64,000 nt of DNA from a virus. The notes below the pieces were generated by a model. That model saw only the letters and a list, made by a program, of their open reading frames with translations, did no database searches and was not told the origin of the DNA. Below are positions 37,095 to 48,100 of the stretch, one piece after another. The stretch is from the IMG/VR virus record IMGVR_UViG_3300022752_000030, positions 47,238 to 111,237 of that record, one strand, 5' to 3'. Numbering within the stretch: position 1 is the stretch's first letter; each line of letters starts with the position of its first letter. The position numbers were made by a program, and so were the translations under genes.

Positions 37095-39611
37095 TCAAAC
37101 AGCGATTAATGTAGCAACAATTTTCGCAGTTGTTGTACTGTTTGTTGGAGTAAACAATACATTCAAATTACCAGATGTGATTGATGCATCAAAAGTTCCT
37201 AATGATGAACCAGACTTAACTTCACCGTATTGTGCAACGTATGCTGTTGTACCATCGTGAATAATATTTAATTCAATCATATGATAAGAAGAACCACTTG
37301 TCATTTGTGCCAATATTTTTGCTGAGCGATATGTTGCTATTGCAAAAGAAAATGCTGTAACTTGTGATGTTGTAGAAGTCGTATATGATGTTGAAGTCAT
37401 ATATGAACTTGTATTGATAGTTACAGATGTATTGGATGACAATGCAGAAGCATAAATTGGGCTGTTAGATGAAATTGCACCAGTTACTACACCACCAGAT
37501 TTTGCTAAAGAATTTGTTGTTGCAGTATTAGCAGCAGCAAATGCAGAGTTAGCATAAGAACCAGCTGTTACTGCTTTGGAGTCTGCTGTAGCTGCATTAG
37601 TTGTAGCAGTATTTGCTTGAGCATATGCAGAGTTAGCATAAGAACCAGCTGTTACTGCTTTAGAATCAGCTGTATTAGCAGCAGCAAATGCTGAGTTAGC
37701 ATAAGAACCAGCTGTTACTGCTTTAGAGTCTGCTGTAGCTGCATTAGTTGTAGCAGTATTTGCTTGAGCGTATGCTGAATTTGCATAAGAACCAGCTGTT
37801 ACTGCTTTAGAATCAGCTGTATTAGCAGCAGTAAATGCAGAGTTAGCTTGAGTGAATACTACGTTAAGTTGTGGTGTTGAAGCTATGTTAACTTCCGAAC
37901 CAGTTGGTCCCATAACAAAAGTACCGTTAGTTTCATTCCAAACGACACGAACATTTGGTTGATCGCCACGAATAACTTGGAAACCAGAATATGTTCTAGA
38001 TACGCCTGAACCAGACTCACCTTTATTTAAATCGATGATGTTATCATCAACGTTTAAGTTTGTTGTGTGTACAGTAGTCGTTGTACCATTGATTGTTAAA
38101 TTACCAGTAATCGTTGCATCACCAGTAACAGTTTGATTGCCAGAAATTTGTACTGTTGGTGCAGTCAATGTAACTTGTGTATTGGAAGTAATTCTTGCTA
38201 AAGAACCTAATCCTGATGCTTCAACAATAACATCACCGTTTTGACCTGTTGTTTGAATTCTTGTTGTTGAATTTGATGTTAATGTAATATTACCTGTACC
38301 ATAAGTTTGTAATTGTATACCTTGATTTGTATTAGCGGTAAAAGTAATATTTTCAGCACTAGATCCTAAAACTGGACTACCATCAACATAAAGAGTATTT
38401 GCACCAAGGTGTAAGTCGTTTGCATAGATACTTGCAAATTTTAAAGTTGGTGATCCAATATTTGTTGTATTGCTTGTTTTTGGTAAAATATTACCATTAA
38501 CTGTAACTGTACCACCAATTGTACCACCTGATGTTACAAATGTATTTCCTACGTTAGCAGCAGCATATGCAGAGTTAGCATAAGAACCAGCTGTTACTGC
38601 TTTGGAATCAGCTGTAGCTGCATTGGTTGTTGCTGTATTAGCTTGACCATATGCAGAGTTAGCATAAGAACCAGCTGTTACTGCTTTGGAGTCTGCTGTA
38701 TTGGCTGCTGTATATGCAGAGTTAGCATAAGAACCAGCTGTTACTGCTTTGGAGTCTGCTGTATTGGCTGCTGTATATGCTGAATTTGCATAATAACCAG
38801 CTGTTACTGCTTTGGAGTCTGCTGTAGCAGCATTAGTTGTAGCGGTATTTGCTTGATCATACGCAGAATTGGCTTTTGTAAATGCTGGAGCAATCTGTGG
38901 TGCCACGTTATTAGCTGCAGCAAATGCTGAGTTTGCAACATTAAATGCTGAGTTAGCATAAGAAATTGCACCCAAATCAACATAAGTATTTCCGTTACCG
39001 TCAACGCCTGTAATATTATTTAATACTTCCAACATTGCTGGACTAATTTGTGCAACGTTTGAAGATAATGTAGAAACAGTATTTGTTAGTGAAAGAAGGT
39101 CAGTTTGATAAGCTAATGTTCCACCATTTACAGATAAACGATTGTCTGTGTTTGCAACTGTCAAACCACCAATAACAACTGTATTTGAAGCATTAACTGT
39201 ATTAACGCTTAATTTTCTTGTGCTAAAAAATACAGCTGTACCAGTAATTGCTTCTGTTAATAAGACTCTTGCTGTATTGTTATTTACAATTTCAATATTA
39301 GCAACTTGTAAATTATGATTGGCATCATATACAAAAAAACCTAGGTCAGAAGAACCTAGGTCGTGTGTTACTGTCCAGGTATTGGATGCAACACCTTGTG
39401 TGTGCAAATATGCTGATTGTGCGGTACCAATTGGTTGCCAAGTCCAATAATTGCTACCGTAATTTAATTCGGTGTAAATGTATGGCGTTCCTTGTTGTAC
39501 AATAATTGTTCTTGGTGCTGGATTTGCTGGAAAACCATTATAATCCGTTTCGAAAATTAGGCCGGCTGTTAGATTCAAGCCTCCTAAAACTCTAATTTGA
39601 TTTGATGCCAT
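37095..39611 (-). CDS. Tail fibre / fibre adaptor with heptad ANSAY repeats
   Basis: N-terminal WTVTHDLG domain, two coiled-coil repeat blocks, beta-rich middle, C-terminal YRSAKILAQ domain. Confidence 0.75.
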   Translation of the reverse strand: MASNQIRVLGGLNLTAGLIFETDYNGFPANPAPRTIIVQQGTPYIYTELNYGSNYWTWQPIGTAQSAYLHTQGVASNTWTVTHDLGSSDLGFFVYDANHNLQVANIEIVNNNTARVLLTEAITGTAVFFSTRKLSVNTVNASNTVVIGGLTVANTDNRLSVNGGTLAYQTDLLSLTNTVSTLSSNVAQISPAMLEVLNNITGVDGNGNTYVDLGAISYANSAFNVANSAFAAANNVAPQIAPAFTKANSAYDQANTATTNAATADSKAVTAGYYANSAYTAANTADSKAVTAGSYANSAYTAANTADSKAVTAGSYANSAYGQANTATTNAATADSKAVTAGSYANSAYAAANVGNTFVTSGGTIGGTVTVNGNILPKTSNTTNIGSPTLKFASIYANDLHLGANTLYVDGSPVLGSSAENITFTANTNQGIQLQTYGTGNITLTSNSTTRIQTTGQNGDVIVEASGLGSLARITSNTQVTLTAPTVQISGNQTVTGDATITGNLTINGTTTTVHTTNLNVDDNIIDLNKGESGSGVSRTYSGFQVIRGDQPNVRVVWNETNGTFVMGPTGSEVNIASTPQLNVVFTQANSAFTAANTADSKAVTAGSYANSAYAQANTATTNAATADSKAVTAGSYANSAFAAANTADSKAVTAGSYANSAYAQANTATTNAATADSKAVTAGSYANSAFAAANTATTNSLAKSGGVVTGAISSNSPIYASALSSNTSVTINTSSYMTSTSYTTSTTSQVTAFSFAIATYRSAKILAQMTSGSSYHMIELNIIHDGTTAYVAQYGEVKSGSSLGTFDASITSGNLNVLFTPTNSTTTAKIVATLIAV
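37520..38960 (-). repeat. Two blocks (about 37520-37850 and 38560-38960) of 21-nt-module repeats
   Basis: Repeated gcagagttagcataagaaccagctgttactgcttt encoding ANSAY/ANTADSK/AVTAGSY. Confidence 0.85.
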
Positions 39612-39840
39612 GTTTTTTTCCTTTTTTGTTCTTTTTAATTATTTTGTTGGGAGGTTTAGCACCAACAAAAATTACTTGTCCGTTCAATGCTCTATGTATA
39701 AGCATAACCAAGTGATACTGGTGACTAATAAATTCTAGTTTTTCATCATCATTCGTATCTTCTTGACTTTTAAAATTCTTTATGTTTTCTTCAATTTTTT
39801 CTATCCAATCGTGTAAATATTGATTAAGTCTACTTGTCAT
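39592..39840 (-). CDS. Hypothetical protein
   Basis: ORF overlapping neighbours in the fibre cluster. Confidence 0.6.
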   Translation of the reverse strand: MTSRLNQYLHDWIEKIEENIKNFKSQEDTNDDEKLEFISHQYHLVMLIHRALNGQVIFVGAKPPNKIIKKNKKGKKHGIKSN

Positions 39841-40061
39841 ATTCTTTTTCTCAATATTAATTCAGCACGTTCAAAAAATTGTTTCATGTACATAACATCT
39901 TTACAATACTGATTTTTAATCTCACCATCACTAAAATCAGCTTCTAATGCATTTTTTTTTAAAACCTTCAAACACTTTGATAATTTAACCATAGAGGTTT
40001 CAAAATCATTAATACTATACAAATCAATATTTGGCATATTATCCATAATTATTAATCTCAA
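39837..40061 (-). CDS. Hypothetical protein (start may be ATG 40046)
   Basis: ORF with ATGA overlap to next gene. Confidence 0.6.
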   Translation of the reverse strand: MRLIIMDNMPNIDLYSINDFETSMVKLSKCLKVLKKNALEADFSDGEIKNQYCKDVMYMKQFFERAELILRKRI

Positions 40062-40067
40062 AAATTA

Positions 40068-40093
40068 TGGAGGGAGATTTTACTCTCCCTCCT
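40068..40093. terminator. Hairpin after the repeat fibre gene
   Basis: GGAGGGAG/CTCCCTCC inverted repeat; U tract weak. Confidence 0.55.
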
Positions 40094-40115
40094 GGCTCAG
40101 TTACAAAAAAACAAA

Positions 40116-41786
40116 TTACAACGTAACAAACGACTCGATAGCCGCTTTGATGTTGTTTGCTTCAGTCAAGTAAACAGTCAATGTGTTTGCGGTTGTTTGT
40201 TCTACTGATACGATATCGTTGTAGAAATAACCATTAGCACGTTCGACCAAAACTGTGAATGAAACGTATGTAGAATTCAAGTTGTGGTTAATTGTGTGTG
40301 TTGTTGCGCCAACGTTTGAACCGTAAGTGAAACGGCGAGCATTGTAGTCAGAACGAATTCCACTTTCAGCTGTGTTAGCAGCTGCGAAAGCAGCATTTGC
40401 CTGTGTAAATGAAGCAGCAATACTTGTGTTCTGAGTTGTGTTAATACCGTCAAGTCTTAAAACTTCAGTATTAGCATAACCATAAGCAGCATTTGCTTGT
40501 GTAAATGAAGCAGCAATACTTGTGTTCTGAGTTGTGTTAATACCGTCAAGTCTTAAAACTTCAGTATTAGCATAACCATAAGCAGCATTTGCGTGGCCAA
40601 ATGAAGCATTTGCTTGTAAGAAAGAAGCAGCAATACTTGTATTTTGAGTTGTGTTAATACCGTCAAGTCTTAAAACTTCAGTATTAGCATAACCATAAGC
40701 AGCATTTGCTTGTGTAAATGCAGCAGCAATACTTGTGTTCTGAGTTGTGTTAATGCCGTCAATTCTAGAAACTTCATTATTAGCATATGTGTAAGCTGAA
40801 TTTGCTTGTGTAAATGCAGCAGCAATACTTGTATTTTGTTCTACATTGATGCCATCAAGTCTTAAAACTTCAGTATTAGCATAACCATAAGCAGCATTTG
40901 CTTGTGTAAATGAAGCAGCAATACTTGTGTTTTGTTCTGTATTGATGCCATCAAGTCTTAAAACTTCAGTATTGGCGTAACCGTAAGCAGCATTTGCGTG
41001 GCCAAATGAAGCATTTGCTTGTAAGAAAGAAGCAGCAATACTTGTGTTTTGTTCTACATTGATGCCATTAAGTCTTAAAACTTCAGTATTAGCATATGTG
41101 TAAGCTGAATTTGCTTGTAAGAAAGAAGCAGCAATACTTGTGTTTTGTTCTGTATTGATGCCATCAAGTCTTAAAACTTCAGTATTAGCATAACCATAAG
41201 CAGCATTTGCTTGTACGAAAGCGGCATTTGCGTACTGACCTGCACTGTTAGCAGCAGTAAATGCTGGCTGAATTTGGTCGCTTACGTTATTAGCACGCTC
41301 ATAAGCAGCATTTGCGTGACCAAATGAAGCATCAATTCTTGTATTTTGCCATACGTCAACACCACGAACTAAAGTAATTTCTGTGTTAACAGCGCTATAA
41401 ACGTTAGCGAGGTTAGAATTTACACCAGAAACTAAGTTGATAACTGTGTTTGCAAAATTAGGATCATCACCAATCGCATCAGCTAATTCTCTTAATGTAT
41501 CAAGTAATACAGGAGCAGAATTAATTAAAGCTGCAATAGAATTATCTGTATAAGAAGTTGCGCTGTTTAATGTGTCTGTAAGATCCTGATCTACAGGTAC
41601 ATATTTTACTGCAACAGCACCAGTTGCATCTAATGTACTGAACTTTAGACGTTTTTGTGTTGTGTTGTACCAAATACGACCAGCACTGACCGGTATTGGA
41701 TCAGAAGCTAAGCGCTCTACGTGTAAGTTTTCTACGAAAGCGCCATTCGCTAACGTAATTCCGTGAAATACTGGATAATTTGCCAT
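40116..41786 (-). CDS. Coiled-coil fibre protein with 32/39-aa tandem repeats
   Basis: LINSAPVLLDTLRELADAIGDDPNFA fibre motif; eight ANTEVLRLDGI-type repeats; C-terminal HTINHNLN domain. Confidence 0.8.
   Translation of the reverse strand: MANYPVFHGITLANGAFVENLHVERLASDPIPVSAGRIWYNTTQKRLKFSTLDATGAVAVKYVPVDQDLTDTLNSATSYTDNSIAALINSAPVLLDTLRELADAIGDDPNFANTVINLVSGVNSNLANVYSAVNTEITLVRGVDVWQNTRIDASFGHANAAYERANNVSDQIQPAFTAANSAGQYANAAFVQANAAYGYANTEVLRLDGINTEQNTSIAASFLQANSAYTYANTEVLRLNGINVEQNTSIAASFLQANASFGHANAAYGYANTEVLRLDGINTEQNTSIAASFTQANAAYGYANTEVLRLDGINVEQNTSIAAAFTQANSAYTYANNEVSRIDGINTTQNTSIAAAFTQANAAYGYANTEVLRLDGINTTQNTSIAASFLQANASFGHANAAYGYANTEVLRLDGINTTQNTSIAASFTQANAAYGYANTEVLRLDGINTTQNTSIAASFTQANAAFAAANTAESGIRSDYNARRFTYGSNVGATTHTINHNLNSTYVSFTVLVERANGYFYNDIVSVEQTTANTLTVYLTEANNIKAAIESFVTL
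40380..41220 (-). repeat. 96/117-nt tandem repeats
   Basis: Repeated caagtcttaaaacttcagtattagcataaccataagcagcatttgc. Confidence 0.9.
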
Positions 41787-41861
41787 TTGATTCCTCTTTT
41801 TTTTGTTTTTAAAGTTTAGCTAAACATAACAAAATTTCAATCAATCTTTTTCTATTAAGAA

Positions 41862-42170
41862 TTATATATCAAATACTTCGATTGGACCGATATAGAAAAT
41901 AACATCAACAAAACCTGTAATAGCTTCCGTCAAATCAATTTGAAAAGCATTTTTATCAATAATCGTAATCAAAGCATAAAATTCTTGATTATCACTATCT
42001 CTCAATGTAACCTGAATCCTGTCCGAGTTTACATTATGTCGAATATACCATTGCAAGGAAGGAGTCTTTACATTATATCTCCTATAAACAAAATTCGCAG
42101 CCGCAACATTCTTGTTAATAGGTGCAAAGTTAACAACTTTACTTGATGCTGGGGATACAGAGACCTTCAT
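41862..42170 (-). CDS. Small structural protein with WxIxHN domain
   Basis: WYIRHNVNS...LTEAITG resembles the 39611-gene N-terminus and 41786-gene C-terminus. Confidence 0.6.
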   Translation of the reverse strand: MKVSVSPASSKVVNFAPINKNVAAANFVYRRYNVKTPSLQWYIRHNVNSDRIQVTLRDSDNQEFYALITIIDKNAFQIDLTEAITGFVDVIFYIGPIEVFDI

Positions 42171-42187
42171 TTTTTAGTCAACAAATA

Positions 42188-42195
42188 TATTTATA
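42188..42195 (-). promoter_or_regulatory. Late promoter TATAAATA
   Basis: Exact consensus in intergenic DNA. Confidence 0.7.
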
Positions 42196-42208
42196 CGAAG
42201 CGTATCTG

Positions 42209-42565
42209 TTACGGTACTGTTACACTTGGAGATACATTGACAATTCCTTCCATAACTCTTGTTATGATGGTATTAGCGGCATCTAAAGGATCGTCCAACA
42301 CTATTACATCATAAACATACCTACCTGGAGATATGTTTGCTGTATTAGCATTATTTATTCTAAGTGTAATTCCTCCATTTAATGGATCGGTTATAGTTGC
42401 TTGAAATTCAGCAACCAAAGAATTGGTATAATAAGACCTTCTGATTTGGCTTTTACAACCGTAACCAGTTAAATTTAAAGGAACGTCATAATTATCCGTA
42501 ACATATATTGATGTTGAATAATCTGCGCCTTGTTCTACAAATAATTCTTGATATGCTGCTGACAT
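42209..42565 (-). CDS. BppU-like/Ig-like fibre adaptor protein
   Basis: ELFVEQGADY, PLNLTGY, SQIRRSY, GRYVYDV, RVMEGIVNVSP. Confidence 0.7.
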   Translation of the reverse strand: MSAAYQELFVEQGADYSTSIYVTDNYDVPLNLTGYGCKSQIRRSYYTNSLVAEFQATITDPLNGGITLRINNANTANISPGRYVYDVIVLDDPLDAANTIITRVMEGIVNVSPSVTVP

Positions 42566-42566
42566 G

Positions 42567-44882
42567 TTATTTATTTTTCTTTAATTCGTCTATTTGTTTT
42601 TTAAGCTCTTTAATCGATTCGATTACCAAAGGCAAAAGTCTTTCATATTGAACTGTCATATATTTTTCATCTACCGGTGCCGGAACAACAATTTCCGGCA
42701 TAACTTTTTTAACTTCCTGTGCGGAAACACCAACAGATCGTTTAATTGGATAACCTAAATCTTGTGCAACTTTGTTTGGTTCATAGTAAAAACCAGTGAG
42801 TGACAATAATTTATCCAAAGCATTATCAATAGCACCTAATCTGTTTTTTAATCTATCGTCCGAGTATCCTGATGAAATGCTATCTGTGGCGCGAATTTCT
42901 CCGGGATTACCTGAAGCAGGAGTATTCACACCTATCGAATTAAAACGAACATCACTTGAAGTTGCAACAGCTTGACCAATAGATAGTGTAAATGATGATC
43001 CTGTTCCACCACCGGAAATTCCTGTTCCGTTATTAATTGTGACGGAAGAAATTTTAGAGTTTGCAGTAGAAAACGCAGAGTTGGCATAAGAACCAGCTGT
43101 TACTGCTTTGGAGTCTGCTGTAGCAGCATTAGTTGTAGCAGTATTTGCTTGAGCGTATGCTGAGTTTGCTTGAGTAAATGCTGGAGCAATCTGTGGTGCC
43201 ACATTATTAGCAGCAGCAAATGCTGAGTTGGCTTTTGTAAATGCAGAGTTAGCGTAAGAACCAGCACTATTAGCTGATGTAAATGCAGAGTTAGCGTAAG
43301 AACTAGCTGCTGCAGCATTAGTAGTAGCGGTATTTGCTTGAGTGTAAGCAGAGTTAGCATAAGAACCAGCTGTTACTGCTTTGGAGTCTGCTGTAGCAGC
43401 ATTGGTTGTTGCTGTATTAGCTTGAGCGTATGCTGAGTTTGCTTGAGTAAATGCTGGAGCAATCTGTGGTGCCACGTTATTAGCAGCAGCAAATGCAGAG
43501 TTAGCATAAGAACTAGCTGCTGCAGCATTAGTTGTAGCAGTATTTGCTTGTGTGTATGCTGAGTTTGCATATGTTCCTGTTGTATTTTGACTAGAATATG
43601 CAGAATTAGCCCTTAAGAAGGCAGAATTAGCATAAGAACCGGCTGATGCGACAGCTGCTTGTAAAAACGTATTTGCAGCAGTAATTACATTATTTAAATT
43701 ATTTGCAACATTTGCTGTAGCTACATCTGTTGTGCTTGTCGATAATAGTGTATCATTTAAATATTCATTTGTTATTATTCTATAATAGTTGTTTGACGTT
43801 ACATTGATAATATCAAAATATTTTGATGGTTCATTCCAACGAATTATGGCATTCGCTCCAGAAGAACCTCTATTTACACCAATATAACTTAACTGTGCTG
43901 TTCCAGAACCCGCATTTATTGTAAATACATTTGAGTTGTATACAGTAGTTCCGTTAATAACAAAGTTACCACCTACACTTAATTGCCCTGTTGTTTGTAA
44001 TGTATTAAAAAAAGCAGCTGCTGAAGTTCCATTTAAAGAACTTGTGACATTAATTACCGGCGTTGTGAAAGTTACGTTTGCGGTAATGGAATTAGCTAAT
44101 ATTGAAGTTCTAGCATTGATTGAATTATTGGCTAATACATTATTTGCAATCAAATTATTTGTTACGGAAATTGTTGCTGTATTTACTGATACATTGGATT
44201 GTAATGTATTTACAAATGAATCACCCGTAACACTTAAAGTTGATGTATTTACTGATACATTGGATTGTAACACATTAACGAAACTATTACCTGTAACACT
44301 TAAAGTTGATGTATTTACTCTGGTATTTGCTTGTAATATATCAACAAAACTATTACCTGTAACACTTAAAGTTGCGGTGTTTACACTTGTATTTCCTTGT
44401 AGAATATTTGTGTATGTTGTTCCTACAATACTTGCATTTGAAGTATTTACTGTACTATTTGCTTGTAAATTTGTTGTTATTGTGTCGTTAACAATTGTGG
44501 TATTTCCACCAACAAACGCATTATTTGCAACATTTAAACCAATGTCTGATCCTAATGCATAAAGTAAACCACCAACATTGGCTTGACCTGAAGTAACTAA
44601 ACTGAGAGTTGAATTTGTTAAATAAACTTGTCCACCTACAGTAAGATTATTTTGTATTGTAGCGGAAGAACCTAAGCCTTGAACTAAAAGTTGTTTTTGT
44701 ATAACAATATTTCCATTCGCCTGTAATGAATTTTGTGTTGTTTCATTTAAATATAAAGTTCCTGAATTCTTTACGTAGTCTGCGGCCGCAAGTGAATTAT
44801 TCTCGACAATTAGAGCATCGGTCGCAACTAACCAATCACCAAAAGTGTTTGCATAACTTAATGTTGTAATTGTATTAGCCAT
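42567..44882 (-). CDS. Tail fibre with beta-helix repeats, heptad repeats and S74 chaperone
   Basis: NTFGDW N-terminus, five 22-aa LQxNxxVNT repeats, ANSAY block, YSDDRLK...VQYERLLP. Confidence 0.85.
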   Translation of the reverse strand: MANTITTLSYANTFGDWLVATDALIVENNSLAAADYVKNSGTLYLNETTQNSLQANGNIVIQKQLLVQGLGSSATIQNNLTVGGQVYLTNSTLSLVTSGQANVGGLLYALGSDIGLNVANNAFVGGNTTIVNDTITTNLQANSTVNTSNASIVGTTYTNILQGNTSVNTATLSVTGNSFVDILQANTRVNTSTLSVTGNSFVNVLQSNVSVNTSTLSVTGDSFVNTLQSNVSVNTATISVTNNLIANNVLANNSINARTSILANSITANVTFTTPVINVTSSLNGTSAAAFFNTLQTTGQLSVGGNFVINGTTVYNSNVFTINAGSGTAQLSYIGVNRGSSGANAIIRWNEPSKYFDIINVTSNNYYRIITNEYLNDTLLSTSTTDVATANVANNLNNVITAANTFLQAAVASAGSYANSAFLRANSAYSSQNTTGTYANSAYTQANTATTNAAAASSYANSAFAAANNVAPQIAPAFTQANSAYAQANTATTNAATADSKAVTAGSYANSAYTQANTATTNAAAASSYANSAFTSANSAGSYANSAFTKANSAFAAANNVAPQIAPAFTQANSAYAQANTATTNAATADSKAVTAGSYANSAFSTANSKISSVTINNGTGISGGGTGSSFTLSIGQAVATSSDVRFNSIGVNTPASGNPGEIRATDSISSGYSDDRLKNRLGAIDNALDKLLSLTGFYYEPNKVAQDLGYPIKRSVGVSAQEVKKVMPEIVVPAPVDEKYMTVQYERLLPLVIESIKELKKQIDELKKNK

Positions 44883-45102
44883 TATTTTTATCCAATAGTT
44901 TTAACATCAACTGTTTTATTTCCAACATATCGTTTTTGATGTTATCGATTTCTGACATTACTTTATTTATTTCTCTTTTTTGGCTCTCTATCATACGGCG
45001 TTTCATATTATATTCTTCTAAGCCAGAAGTATCTTTACTGACTAAAGCCATGGTGTTTGTATCACGATATAATTCTGTTCCTGGTATTTGTACGAGTGCC
45101 AT
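44875..45102 (-). CDS. Small coiled-coil hypothetical protein
   Basis: LYRDTNTMAL, EIKQLMLKLL; tightly spaced in the operon. Confidence 0.7.
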   Translation of the reverse strand: MALVQIPGTELYRDTNTMALVSKDTSGLEEYNMKRRMIESQKREINKVMSEIDNIKNDMLEIKQLMLKLLDKNNG

Positions 45103-45104
45103 GA

Positions 45105-48100
45105 TTATACTGATGCATTTACATTAGATGGTAGTGCTAAAGCACGTAAATCTGTCAGGAAAGGAACATAAGTGTGATCTGAAGATGTCAAAACAACTTT
45201 AATTGCAAATTGACCAAAAGTTGTATAAGTCTGGCCAGTTGTGCTTGTATAAGAAACATAACCTTGCGACACACCAGATGTGCCTGGAGCAAAAGAATAT
45301 TCATACAAATCATTTCTTGTCTGTGAATAAACAGGATCAGAACTATTAATTTTAGTCATCAATTGCCAAGAACCATCTTCAAATTTTTGCGTATCATTTC
45401 TGTTCAATATCTTGTAATAAACATTAATGTCAGTATTCACAGGACGATAAGCAGTTAAGTAAACATTTAAATCACCAGAATCAAAACCTGGTTGTAAAAT
45501 AACCTTCTTCGTTACATATTTAGCGAGCACATTTCCACCATTAGGTGAAGTTTCTCCTATAACAACAACAGTTGCACCTGTTCCTGGAGTTGTATTTGAA
45601 TCTGCAATTGTAATTGTTGGTGTTGTAATATAACCAGAACCGTTACTTGTAAAATAAACAGACTGTATTATACCACCAGATATATTTGCCGCAGCGTATG
45701 CTTGTGAACCACCAACTCCTGTTGGAGATGAAACTGATACTGTGGTTGTATTAACATTATAACCACTTCCACCACTACTTAAAGTGATCATACTGTTAGA
45801 ACATTCTGCATTGTTTATATTCCAAGTAATTGCATAAACTGAAAGTCCTGCATCCGAAATTACTGGACTAACCGCATCATCGGAAGATATTAATTGAGAA
45901 TATAAAGAAAAAGATGTATTTGAGTTGGCTAAAAGTATACGTTCACCCTTACCGTCACTCAAGTAAATATCATCTTGTGTTGGAGTACCAAATTTTCCTG
46001 GATTAACATTTATTAATCCTGCAGCTGTACCATTAACTAATGTTGCATTGTATGAATAATTTGCAGAAGTCGTTGTTGGAATAAAATCTGTAGTGGTTAT
46101 ATTAAATGCATCAACAAGAACATCAGTTGTAGATATACTATCAATTGTACTTGACACATTATTTGCGTTCAGATAGTAATCAATACTTTGATCGATCAAT
46201 GTTCTTTGTGGTAATTTATTTGGTACTACATATTGAATTGTCGGAGTTAATGCGGTATTGAACACACATCGATCTACAACAAACATTAAACTTTGATTTT
46301 GATCAGCATTCCATGTTATTGCGTTTTGTGAAATGAATAAACCACCAACATATGGAGCTGAAGCAATCTTTGTTATAGTTGATGGTGTAGGATCTGTTGG
46401 TAAATTTTTTGTTGAAGAAACAAGAGCAGTATCACCATTCAAAGCCGTCCATAATGTATATTCTTTCGAATTTGATTTCAACATGAAAGCATATAATACA
46501 TTAGATTGTATATAAACAGGAACATCAAACGTAAAGGTTGTTGATGTAGTTGAATCCAAATATTGGGGTGATGATGATGTCTTTATTTGATTTGGTGTCA
46601 AAGTAACAATTGAATAATCCAATGTTTGGCCGTTTGGATAACCATTTTGTGTGCCAATAATAGACAACGTGATTGGTGAATTGTCTGATACTGGTTTTGA
46701 AGCAAAGAAAAACTTAACCGACTTTATAAACATTCCATTAGGATAATTATCTTTGTCGATAATAAATGATTGTGCAACGGGATCGCCCCCTGCTGGCGGT
46801 GGCGGTGTCGTATCTACTGTTCTTGTACTAATTAACGTATTATTTGCGTAGTTTGTTCTTACAAAAGTATTTTTTGCGCCGGCAGGAGATGCTCCAAAAT
46901 CTAATTTTTGTGATGTTGTCTGTAAACCTTCTGCATAATAAGTTCCTTGAACAAACGTTGTTGCTGTTCCTTTATTATTGTTTATTGAGTTATCTACACG
47001 GAAAGTTCTTTGACCATTATGGAAAGTATTTGCTGGAATATTAAATATTCCATAAAAAGAACCTTCTTCGTCTGTCGTAAATGTTCCTATAGAATAAATG
47101 TCACTATTTGCAGTATTTAATGAAGTTGATAGTGTTGCAACTTTAGTTACACCATTATAAGAAGAAATATTAGCGGATAAACCAATACCTGTACCCGAAT
47201 TAATAAAGATTGTATTTCCGTTATAATAGTTATTTGCAGAAGATGCTAATGGTGATAACTTTATCTGTGTACTTGACACTACATTTTTGATTTGTCCCGC
47301 AAAGTGACTTGTGTTCAAAATAGTACCTGATGCTGTTGTTGAGCTGTATAAACCATTAGTATCAAAGTAACCATTTTGTAATTGGTTTCCACCACCTGCA
47401 TAACTGGAAGGTGTGCCGTCAGCAGCAACATAAAGTCTTACTTTTGTTGTGTCTGGATACGTATAAATTCCAATAATTCGTCCAGTTGGATAAAAAGTAC
47501 CACTTGAGTAATATCCGATAATATCATCTTCTTTAAAAGTACCAGAAACACTTGAAAGTTCGATAATATTTGATTTTCTAAAATACGGATTGACATTCAA
47601 ATCATCAAAGAAAGTATTGACCGGAGTCAATAACAACATACCTTTTGCTCTAATAACAGTTTGTTGTGGTCGAATAAAAGGTAAAACACTTATATCTGTG
47701 ATATAATTATTATCAAATGCATATGTGTTATTAATTTTTTCGTAAGCACCAACTAAATTTTCCTGTGAACGATTTGCATATGTATTTGTTGTTTGTAAAA
47801 AACCTTGATTGGTTACAGTTTGATATGTTGTTCCCGGAATAGTTTTCCAATCACCAACAGTAAGTGTATTAATTGTGCTTGTTTGACGATAAACTGTTAA
47901 ATTAGGATCAACTATCAATAAGGCTGGATTGTATTTTGTGTCCACCCAGTTATCTACGTTAGGTGATAAAGATATAACACCTTCTCTCAATGAAACGGCA
48001 AAAGGATTAACATTAACCGTTCTAGATGCAAATTTTTGAGAAATTGCATTTGCTGTTGAATATGGTAAACTCAAATAGTTGATGTAACCGTCAGAATCAA

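Noticed and set aside
34052-37260. Alternative-frame ORFs rich in VLKVLQ or LVLLVL within the collagen genes
   Set aside because: Shadow frames of 9-nt repeats that lack stops; no RBS or independent signal
40380-41220. Regular repeats resembling a CRISPR array
   Set aside because: In-frame coding repeats with no unique spacers and no cas genes
43936-44562. 208-aa plus-strand ORF
   Set aside because: Antisense shadow of the repeat-rich fibre gene
33681-44882. Diversity-generating retroelement acting on fibre genes
   Set aside because: No reverse transcriptase in the window; repeat differences are mostly synonymous third positions, not adenine-specific TR/VR changes
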